A DNA stretch of 63,595 nucleotides, counting the filler, from Craspedostauros australis (taxonomy: Eukaryota), in assembly GCA_030167865.1 (NCBI GenBank). It is 6 parts of 6 records of this genome, joined end to end, with 100 filler letters (N's around TTAATTAATTAA, not from the genome) between each part and the next. Parts side by side here need not be neighbours in the genome. Positions count along the whole stretch, not along the records: positions 40,705 to 60,881 come from JALAGF010002686.1; positions 60,982 to 62,394 come from JALAGF010002687.1; positions 62,495 to 63,595 come from JALAGF010002689.1; 3 more parts are not named here. The stretch is one strand, 5' to 3'. The notes below the pieces were generated by a model. The model saw nothing but the letters and a program-made list of their open reading frames with translations, was not told the origin of the DNA and did not search any database. This document shows positions 55,208 through 63,595 of the stretch, piece after piece (positions within the stretch are counted from its first letter, which is position 1; each line of letters opens with the position of its first letter). The position numbers and the translations under genes were made by a program.

Positions 55208-57247
55208 CTACAGCGCCGACATGAAGAGATTGTGTCCGTACCCAAAGTACAGTATCGCGCCGCAGATCGTGATGATGATGATGTTGTAGACGGACAGGAT
55301 GCCCGTGTCATCGGGCGTCCAGTTGCAAAAGTAGGTGACGAAGGATTGATGCAGAGCGGATTCATGATTGACCGTGGCGAAGTACTCTTCGACGGCGAAG
55401 CATGTGGCCTCCTGCACGCTGGAGGGATTGGGTTCTTCGGCCGGCAGCATGGCGAACTGTCGGGCGCGTTCGATGACGGGCGAGTAGAAGAAGGTCCAGA
55501 CGACCTTGTCCATGGATGCGACGACGGCGTGCGTGAAGAAGTGCGACGCCGCGATGTAGACGACGTAGAAGGAGACGAGGGCCAGCACGCCGAACAGCAG
55601 CTTGTGTTGCTTGACGTACCGAATCAGCTTGGCATCCCAGTATCCCAGCTTGGCGCGGTTGTGCAGCTCCAATTTGGCGGCGTCGTAGTGGCTGGCATTC
55701 AATCCGTAGCACCAGTACCAGATGTATCCGGTGCACCGCATGAGGCACAGGCCGACGGCTCCCAGCATGAGGTGGAAGTAGTTCTTGAACATGGCTTCGG
55801 CAGCGTCGTCGAGTTCCTCCGCACTGCCGGGGGCCGGACATGTGAGGATCAACAGTGACTCCACATCGGCGCTCTCGAAGTACGGTCGGGCTCTGCGTTC
55901 CAGCTGCCAAACGCCATGCGTGATCAAATCGTAGAGCGCAAGATTGCCCAACGTGTAAACGACGATCATGAAGATCATCGGGATGCCATGGTACACCTCG
56001 AACAGCAGCGAATGCTGTATGCGGGTGAGTCGAATGCGGATTGGAGCACGGTTGTTCCGCCTGTGTTGGGCACGGAGGTCCCATTCCGCCTGTTCGAAGC
56101 CCAGCAACTCGGCCACGCCGCGTTCCTTGGGCGTGAGGTCGGCCCATGGCCTGCTGGCGGCCGAGATCATCTTGTTCTGATCGAGTTGCTGCTGCTGCTT
56201 CCATTTGCTTGCGGCTTTCGTGGGAGTGTCTGGAGTACCATCTGCCGTCGCTGTAGCCGTAGCTGTAGCCGTCGCTGTAGCCGTCGTCGGATCCGCGTTG
56301 CGTCGTGCCACGTTGAAGGAGACAAGCCGCTGCCACATCGTGGCCCTGGGTTTGCGGACGCCGTTGATCATGGCATTGAGCTGCCTCGCCTTGTGCGGAT
56401 CGTACTTGTCGACGAAGGCGCAAAACTGATTCCGCGATATCTGCCTCGCATCCATCTCCGAACCCCACAACATGTCGGTGTAGACGGAGCTGGTGTGGGA
56501 CGTGATCTTGCGGATGCTGCGATTGCGCCGTGAAAATTGACCGTCGAGGCCTCCCGACAACCGGTCCTGCACGGCATCGACGTCGGCCGCATCGTTCTCG
56601 CTGTCGTCGCTGTGCGAGCACCACGAATCGTCGTCGATGATATCACCGACGTTGTTGGCCGGCAGCAAGGAGGACTGGTGGCTGGCGCTGTCATCTTCAA
56701 AGATGAAGAGCTCCGAGTCGTGCTCCGTTGAGCTGTACGGAGACAGAACGGCGCTGGGCATCCCGTACCCGGCTTTCTGTCTCTCCGCGCGTGCATTCGC
56801 ATCGTCCGCGCGTTGCTTGGCGGTGCGCTTGTTCGTAGCGGCGGTCGGGCGCGCAGCTGCCTTCATGTTGGAAGTGGTGACGATGGCAGGTTGCGCGAAT
56901 GATGTGGCGATGACGGAGGTGGGAGACTTGGGAGACGGCGAGTCCTTCTTGTTGCTGTTCTTTCCCTTCGATCGCAGAATGTTGGTGAATCTGGAAGAGA
57001 GCTTGCCCTTCTTGGAACTGGAGACGGATGCCGCCGCGCGGGGCGATTCCGGCGGAGGTGGTTGTTGCATCGCGCGGGCGCCTGCCTTTGACGTGGGTGA
57101 GGGTGGTCCTGGATCCCTCAAACTGCGGCCGTTCATTTTGTAGGTCTCGCCCAGCGGTCGTTCCAAGGCCTTCCGACGGCGTTTGATGCGACGCTGTCGA
57201 CGACGTTTGCGACGCTCCACACGCTGGCGCTGACGCAACTCATCCAT
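55208..57247 (-). CDS. Uncharacterised membrane protein: disordered N-half, W-x-x-L...LG...WD module, about 4 TM C-half
   Basis: Long ORF, first ATG at 57247. Contains RPWADLTPKERGVAELLGFEQAEWD and several hydrophobic segments after VYHGIP. Confidence 0.78.
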   Translation of the reverse strand: MDELRQRQRVERRKRRRQRRIKRRRKALERPLGETYKMNGRSLRDPGPPSPTSKAGARAMQQPPPPESPRAAASVSSSKKGKLSSRFTNILRSKGKNSNKKDSPSPKSPTSVIATSFAQPAIVTTSNMKAAARPTAATNKRTAKQRADDANARAERQKAGYGMPSAVLSPYSSTEHDSELFIFEDDSASHQSSLLPANNVGDIIDDDSWCSHSDDSENDAADVDAVQDRLSGGLDGQFSRRNRSIRKITSHTSSVYTDMLWGSEMDARQISRNQFCAFVDKYDPHKARQLNAMINGVRKPRATMWQRLVSFNVARRNADPTTATATATATATATADGTPDTPTKAASKWKQQQQLDQNKMISAASRPWADLTPKERGVAELLGFEQAEWDLRAQHRRNNRAPIRIRLTRIQHSLLFEVYHGIPMIFMIVVYTLGNLALYDLITHGVWQLERRARPYFESADVESLLILTCPAPGSAEELDDAAEAMFKNYFHLMLGAVGLCLMRCTGYIWYWCYGLNASHYDAAKLELHNRAKLGYWDAKLIRYVKQHKLLFGVLALVSFYVVYIAASHFFTHAVVASMDKVVWTFFYSPVIERARQFAMLPAEEPNPSSVQEATCFAVEEYFATVNHESALHQSFVTYFCNWTPDDTGILSVYNIIIITICGAILYFGYGHNLFMSAL

Positions 57248-58095
57248 GGTGAGTTTTGTTGCATCGTGTTCTTGGTGCACCTGCTTTTCAAACCAGATCT
57301 GGGGGTTCGCAGAGGGCCGATTCTGCCTTTCAAACCAGAATCCTGGCCTCTCGGGGGCGGTCACAATCACAAAAAAACAGGCTCCAACGCAAACAGGACA
57401 CCCCGCTGCGCGAAAACAACACGTGTTTCGTTTCCACCAATAGAGTACGACCTGCAGATCGTGTTCGACGCGCCAACGATAACACTGGTTGCGGAGTTTT
57501 GCGGGTGATAAGTCGTGTTAAAGTAGACTAAAATAGAGCACACCAAAAACCATCCAAACAACTGCTTATCATGTTATTTTTATCCCAACAACACACCATT
57601 TAAAATCAAAAACAGATAGTGCATTCGGACACTTGGCTATCGTTTATTCTGAATATCGAAGTTAAATTTATATGAACTTTATTTTGAAAGTCGTTTTGGC
57701 TTGCTGTCTGTCATGTGGTGGATGCCACAAAATTCTGGGTGCCACCATGCTTCCCTCCCTTCAGCACCCAGGATCTTCATCATCATCCTGGCATTTCCAT
57801 ATTATGAGCACCACATTGGCTCCACATATCCCCCATCTATCCACTCCATGAATCACTCCAAGTTGGATGCGCATCTCATACTCCAAAGTCTCCCTGCACT
57901 GAAACTGAGCGATTTCGCAAAACCGTTTTCGACGCGGACGCCATTCACATTTGGATCTGTATCTCGTCAATACGACCCTCGCAGCCCCTCCACATGCCCC
58001 TCATTCGTTCCCACATATCTTGGCGACACACTGATGCATTCATAATGGGTGGGGCGTTCATACCTCCAAAGGTACACCTCCATGTGATGATGTCA

Positions 58096-58640
58096 TCATG
58101 CTGTTTTTTCGACCACCAAAAACAACCCTTTCATGTGCATCCCAGGCTGCAGCCTCTTCCAGACCTTTGTTTTTTCTGGCGCTTCATGCACCGATCCCTG
58201 AGTTAATTTTGAACACATCTTGAATAGGTGGCTTGGCGATTTGGGCAACTTGCCAATGGCACCCATCACCAGCGAAGCCACATGATGTGTGTGCCAACAC
58301 CCACCAAAAAACTCTTGCCCTCCACTTGTTTCTTGCCCTTCGCACCTTCCAGGCTACCCCCGAGCCTCAAACTTCGTGGGAACATTCATCTCGTCCTCTT
58401 GGATGCGTCGTGCCCATCCATAGTCGTTGGAATGGCCTGTGTATTCCAGGCAGAGACCGTATCCAACAAGCGGATTTTCCTCCGAATCGTGTCGTTTGCG
58501 CGTGGGTCTGCCACGGTCCCAAATCAACCACTCCGGCATCCCCCTCTCGCTCATCCATCAAAATTTCCATGGCGGTTCCGCCAATATGCTCAGATGTTGC
58601 ACTGGGCCGCTGGTTGCCGCAGTGCCATTGATGCCGTTTG
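58096..58640 (-). pseudogene. Degraded reading frame interrupted by single stops, probably transposon-derived
   Basis: ORF pieces 58554-58354 and 58281-58096 are in the same frame, separated by single TGA/TAG codons, in partly CpG-poor sequence. No family recognised. Confidence 0.25.
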
Positions 58641-58988
58641 ATGGATCTAGTGGAGTGTTGTCGTGTTTCGCCATTGTCGTGTTGCTGTGTTGTGTTTGGT
58701 GTTCTCAAACAGTTCTTGCTGTTGGGGGGCATGAAGAATACCCAGAATTCTACTGTGCATCTCGAACAAGCTCCTCCTGTTTCTCTGCTGCTTGTAGTTG
58801 TCGCTTGTAAAACAATGTAGAATGGCTGTGACCCTCCCACATGGGAGAGAGCACATTACAAGGCACCTTGCGACCATCCTCCCACGTTGCCCATGCTCTC
58901 CTGTGGTGCGCTGCGCCATGCTGTGCGTCGATAGCTGGTGATGTGGTGCACCATGTCACTGTCCTTGTGTTTCTGGTGTGCATTGTGA

Positions 58989-59369
58989 TTCAAGCTGGAC
59001 AAGGTGGCTTGCGCATATGTTCGCCACCATCAGATCGCCTCCGCAATTTATGCTGCGAAAGGAGGTGACAAATTTGTGATGGAGCGCAAGGGACTGAGCA
59101 TGAACGTGCGAAAACAAACGTCCACTAAAGTTGACGAGGGCAGCAAAGAGATCGGTGTCACCAAGTCTCACACGGACTTTGAGTTGAAGGAGGATGAGGC
59201 AACCAACAATACTTCCAAGAAACCAGCTGCAACAGGCAACAAAGGCAAATCAGCTGGCTTCAAATATGCCAAGCCCAACATTGAAGGCATGTGTGATGAT
59301 GTGCTGAAACAATTCTCAAAAGGAACCAAAATTCTGGAAGAAATTGTTGCAGCAAACAAACACGAATAA
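58989..59369 (+). mobile_element. Possible Tc1/mariner-like transposase C-terminal fragment
   Basis: LDKVACAYVRHHQIASAIYAAKGGDKF...GLSMNVRK resembles the helix + 'GG-N/D-x-F' end of mariner-type transposases. No DDD/DDE core visible. Confidence 0.35.
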
Positions 59370-59426
59370 ACAAATCAAAGAAAGACAACAGACAGCAAAA
59401 ATAACTAGTAAAACAACGAACCAACG

Positions 59427-60314
59427 ATGACGACACCGAGGAGCAAGATGACAAGACCGTCGGGCCAAATGCCGATGGAAGCGTACATCCGATGATCAAT
59501 CAACAACAACAAAACAACAGGAGAAGAGAGAAGAGAGGGAGAGGCGCAAGACAGATTGAGCAGAAGAAGAATTGGGAAAGAAACGGGCGAGAACGATGGA
59601 AAGCAAGGGAGAGGAGCACAAAAGGTCGAGTGCGCAGCAGGGAAGTACTGCAAGGGAAGAGGAAGGGCAGCAGCTGCAGTCAGGTGCATCACGTGCGGAG
59701 AGCTGGCACACAGGGAGTGCAGGGCATGGATCAAGCCAGAAGAAGGGCTGACAACACCAAGAGGGTTCCCGGTGGTCTGCAAACAATGCATTGCAAAAGA
59801 AGGCATCAACGTCAAAGAAGAGAAAACAGGACAACAATACGTAGGGTCATCGGAAGACGCAATCCGGAAAGCATTGAGCAAGAAGTGGGGGAAGATGAAG
59901 AGTACCAAAGACAATGAAGAAGACACAACGAAGGACAAAGGAGAACAAAAGGGAGCAGAGAGCGAGAAAGCAGAACAGCCACAGGAACCAGCAGCAAAGG
60001 ACAAGGACAAGGGCGCAGAGGCAACAGCGAGAGATAAGATGGGCAAGAGAGAGAATGACGAAGGGGGAGTCGATGAAAGCAGTGAAGACGAAAATGAGTG
60101 GGCCGACGAATGGGAAGAGGCCACAAAACGAGGAGGAGAAGACGCGCAACGAGAGAGAGGAAGTGCAGCAGGAGGGAACAAGAAGAGGATGACGAGGAGC
60201 CCACGACATGCGATGCAAGAGGAACAACCACACAAGAGGACGGACCTGCGTAGAATGGGAGAAGAGAAGGCAGCAGAGGAAGCCAAGCAAGAAGGCAGCG
60301 AAGAGAAAGAGGAG
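59427..60314 (+). pseudogene. PHD-finger (C4HC3) ORF, retrotransposon ORF1-like, with one premature TGA
   Basis: CAAGKYC...CITCGELAHREC...VCKQC. ATG 59427 is in frame but interrupted by TGA at 59493-59495. Strongly purine-rich strand; composition changes abruptly at 60315. Confidence 0.55.
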
Positions 60315-60881
60315 TGTCGAGATGTACATGTGAGTATATGTCGAGATGTACGTGTATATGTGCATCGTTCACCCGTTATTCTCTCATACGCACTTGGACG
60401 GTATAACTACACTCGTGTCGATAGTATGCTGTGATTCGTCAGAATTACAGCGGAAACGGAACACACGAAAATGAGCAGGATTTCTGGAGGAAATTTGCAA
60501 TCGACGATTTCTGAGAGAATAGAGGCCTATCGCATTTCACATTCACACCCCTGTGTTCATGTCACATGTGGCACTCACGTTCGGATTTCACATTGGTACT
60601 CGTGACTNGTTCGTGACCTACTCAGAGAGACGACCAACATGACTGAATCGGCTTCTCTTCTGTAGAATAGAGCTCTAGTTTAGACTGTTCTGATATGAAT
60701 GCTCCTTGCATGTTATCGCATCACTTGTTGATACCAAAGGTTGATAGGATCATTAATGGGTGTGCTCTGAGTTGCACGCAACGCACATCCCTCTTTCTTC
60801 TCTTATGAGCTTCGTGTTCTGAGAGTTTCGCTGCCATCTCTTCTGTCTCAACTTTGCTACTAACAGAGGTCCGGTAACATA
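60315..60881. mobile_element. Possible LTR starting TGTCGAGA, preceded by a purine tract
   Basis: Sharp switch from A/G-rich coding sequence to non-coding sequence at TGT. GAAGAGAAAGAGGAG lies immediately upstream. Short internal direct repeat TGTCGAGATGTAC. No second copy in the window. Confidence 0.3.
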
Positions 60882-60981
60882 NNNNNNNNNNNNNNNNNNN
60901 NNNNNNNNNNNNNNNNNNNNNNNNNTTAATTAATTAANNNNNNNNNNNNNNNNNNNNNNNNNNNNNNNNNNNNNNNNNNNN
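60882..60981. other. Artificial 100-bp assembly spacer
   Basis: N44-TTAATTAATTAA-N44. Confidence 0.97.
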
Positions 60982-61020
60982 GGCACGAATCGCTTCATTG
61001 AAGAGAATTGTTCTCAGCGT

Positions 61021-61300
61021 TTGTCAAGTACTTTCAACGTTTGTTGAGTACTTTCAACGTTTGTTCAGTACTTTCAGCGTTTGTTGAGTACTTTCAACGT
61101 TTGTTGAGTACTTTCAACGTTTGTTGAGTACTTTCAACGTTTGTTGAGTACTTTCAACGTTTGTTNNNNNNNNNNNNNNNNNNNNNNNNNNNNNNNNNNN
61201 NNNNNNNNNNNNNNNNNNNNNNNNNNNNNNNNNNNNNNNNNNNNNNAGTACTTTCAACGTTTGTTCAGTACTTTCAACGTTTGTTCAGTACTTTCAACGT
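61021..61300. repeat. 20-bp tandem minisatellite TTGTTGAGTACTTTCAACGT, interrupted by an N gap
   Basis: Head-to-tail units visible on both sides of the gap 61166-61246; no spacers between units. Confidence 0.95.
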
Positions 61301-61303
61301 TTC

Positions 61304-61450
61304 TTGTCGCGATAGCTGGTGTTCGGATTTCAAACATGTAACGGTTATATACGTTACTGTTGTGGATATACTCCGAGTATTGAGTCGTTCCAATCGAGTC
61401 ACACGCGAAGTTCTTGAATAGTCAGAGTGGTCGAATCCGAACGTGTGACA
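61304..61450. mobile_element. Possible short solo LTR (TGTC...GACA)
   Basis: TGTCGC at 61305 and GTGACA ending at 61450. GTTTC occurs at 61299-61303 and 61451-61455 (TSD-like, offset by one base). Confidence 0.35.
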
Positions 61451-62247
61451 GTTTCAGCGGAATTCCCGTGCCTTGCTGAGAGATGGTCAAGCTCTTGCCG
61501 GAGGAGACGGAGAACACTTCACGAGAAGTCACTGAAGGTCGTGGACAAACCATGCATGCCATCTATGGATGCCTGATGCAGGGAGGAGAAGCCTCCAAAT
61601 GACCGGCGCCATACACGCAATGGATCGCCGTGTCCAGAGAAGTGTTGACGTCGACGTACGAGGATGGCGGGCATCCTTCAGATCCAACCAGCGCCGAGCG
61701 TCAAACCAAACTGCTCGACCGTTTGACTACGCGCAGTGCACCGGATGAATGCAATGGTCATCAAGGAGCAGCGGCAAAAGATGACAAAAGGAAGTGATCA
61801 TGGTCATGATAATGATCTGCACAGGGTTGATCCAGCAATGGACTGCCCGGTAGGCTGCAGTTTAGGTCATTGTTCTGGCTCGTATCCTGTATCCGTACGC
61901 CCAGCTCTGACCAGAGCACTCGAGAGCACCACACTGTCCGTATCCTCGAACAAGCCCCACAAATACTGATGTACCACAGAGATGAGATCACACTCAACAC
62001 CAGCTCTTCCCGTGTCATGATTCAATCAATGCCATGCTCGCGTCCACAGAGTACGATGCTCTAGTAAACAGTCAATAGTACTATGTCATGTTATGTCACG
62101 CTATGCTATGTTATTGCAGATGGATTGGAATAGTATGTAATGCAGCAGTATAGCAGCACCATTCAAGCGTACCCACTTCGTTGGAACTCCATCACATGCA
62201 GCTCATGGTTGTGACGTCTGTGGCATCTCATCTGGCGTCCGAGGACC

Positions 62248-62394
62248 AGCATATGAGTGCAAGCATATGAGTGCAAGCATATGAGTGCAAGCATATGAGT
62301 GCAAGCATATGAGTGCAAGCATACGAGTGCAAGCATACGAGTGCAAGCATACGAGTGCAAGCATACGAGTGCAAGCATACGAGTGCAAGCATAC
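62248..62394. repeat. 14-bp tandem repeat AGCATAYGAGTGCA (at least 10.5 copies)
   Basis: Five TG-type units (62248-62317), then CG-type units running into the spacer. Confidence 0.95.
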
Positions 62395-62494
62395 NNNNNN
62401 NNNNNNNNNNNNNNNNNNNNNNNNNNNNNNNNNNNNNNTTAATTAATTAANNNNNNNNNNNNNNNNNNNNNNNNNNNNNNNNNNNNNNNNNNNN
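62395..62494. other. Artificial 100-bp assembly spacer
   Basis: N44-TTAATTAATTAA-N44. Confidence 0.97.
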
Positions 62495-62495
62495 C

Positions 62496-63595
62496 ACCTA
62501 CGACGACAACGACAGGGGGGAACGAACGCGCGCCAGCAGGAACAGGAGAGGAGGCCAGTTTGGGTACGACCCAGAAGAGGGGGGAAATTGGAGGCGTCCT
62601 GCAGTGATTCGTGTCATGGACCAGCTCACGGATCACTTTGACATGAGCATCGTTAATTCTATGCCTCCCAAGGGATTCGTGGTTGGTGGCAAGTACGATG
62701 CGCAAACATGGTGGAACATATCGCGTGTGTGGGTCGCTGTGGCTTCTGCACTCTGGGGTGTTTTGCTCCCTCATGAGGAATTGCCAACGCGCCAGATGCA
62801 ACAGGTCGTGGAGTTTGTCCGCGCTCGCGCGGATCTACCTCCAACTGCACTCGGTTCAAATCTGTACACCCTATGTGTTGGGGGGGAACAGACACTGGCT
62901 ATCGCAGCTAGAGCTGTCCTCGCTGCGTCTACGTCATTCACTAACAGCTCCGCAATCCTCTCTCGTCACATGGTGACGTTGCCAGAGGAACAGCGTATTC
63001 GTGTCAAGCCTGCACGCGCCGCAATCACTCGGAGCCAACTAACAACGTTGCGACGCGCCTTTGACATGTTTAGCCGTGGCGAACTCATCCCGCCAAAGGT
63101 TCTCCAGTATCGTGTGCGTGCTTGCAATCTGTCTGGTGTGGCATCGTTTCTCATGACCACCGCTACGTACAAGGCAGGCCTGAGTCACACGGTACAGTTC
63201 GGAGGCATCAAATTTGAAAATGTCCCTGTCTTCGATCGTGGAAGCACGTCAATCGAACAACTATTCGGCATGTACACATCAACAACCAACAACCCAGTGG
63301 GAATGCCCGCGTTCGCCACCATGACTAACCTACTCACACGCAAAAGCAAGATCAAGACAGGCCTCTCTTCCTTCGAAAGCTACTTCTGGATGGCGACGGA
63401 GAAACTCAAACAGGCAATTTCGCGCCTAGTAGACCTGCTGAAGGCTAAGTATAAAGCGGACGGAGCGGAGCAAAACGATGCCAATGACGAGAGCTACCAG
63501 AACAATGAGCCCAATGACGTCATCTCTCCACATGTGCGCACAGCCGATTCCCTCTTGAATGCACTCGAACTGCTTGTTGTGTTCCTCAAATGGGA
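62496..63595 (+). CDS. Partial ORF open at both ends (about 366 codons), possibly the N-terminal part of a large DNA-transposon transposase (Sola3-like)
   Basis: Hand translation of frame 62496 has no stop to the window end (TYDDNDRG...GLSHTVQFGGIKFENVPVFDR...EQLFGMY...KIKTGLSSF...LVVFLKW). It is absent from the ORF track because it has no stop. Family call is tentative. Confidence 0.6.

Noticed and set aside
61021..61300. CRISPR-like palindromic repeats
   Set aside because: Units are head-to-tail with no spacers, there are no cas genes, and the context is eukaryotic.

Overview
Eukaryotic genomic DNA, most likely from a diatom. Supporting evidence: GT-AG introns, an ASAF-type bipartite plastid presequence, a CoDi-type Copia C-terminus and several diatom-typical protein families. 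The window joins six sequence blocks with five artificial 100-bp spacers (N44-TTAATTAATTAA-N44), so adjacency across spacers is not proven. Genes with recognisable families: a giant OSCA/CSC1 channel, a thylakoid-lumen cyclophilin (CYP37/38-like), two SGNH-like type II membrane proteins, a GPI-type GH19 chitinase, TauE/SafE, cyclin H, a PTC7-type PP2C, a DUF2439 protein and a MATE transporter. There are also two RVxF-motif proteins and a secreted tandem-domain protein. Transposon debris, CpG-depleted sequence and satellites occupy about 31-34.6 kb and 57.6-63.6 kb. Best leads: (1) a three-exon silaffin-like gene (RIL site, KxxK tail) at 28288-29119 that the ORF track fragments; (2) a codon-biased secreted-protein gene with a dense upstream TGACGT cluster and a kink-turn-like 3'UTR structure abutting a splice donor; (3) a PTC7 phosphatase with a signal peptide and C-terminal HTEL; (4) amphipathic 22-residue repeats inside the OSCA channel; (5) an intact, nearly CpG-free orphan ORF. 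All family calls come from motif recognition by eye; no database searches were run.
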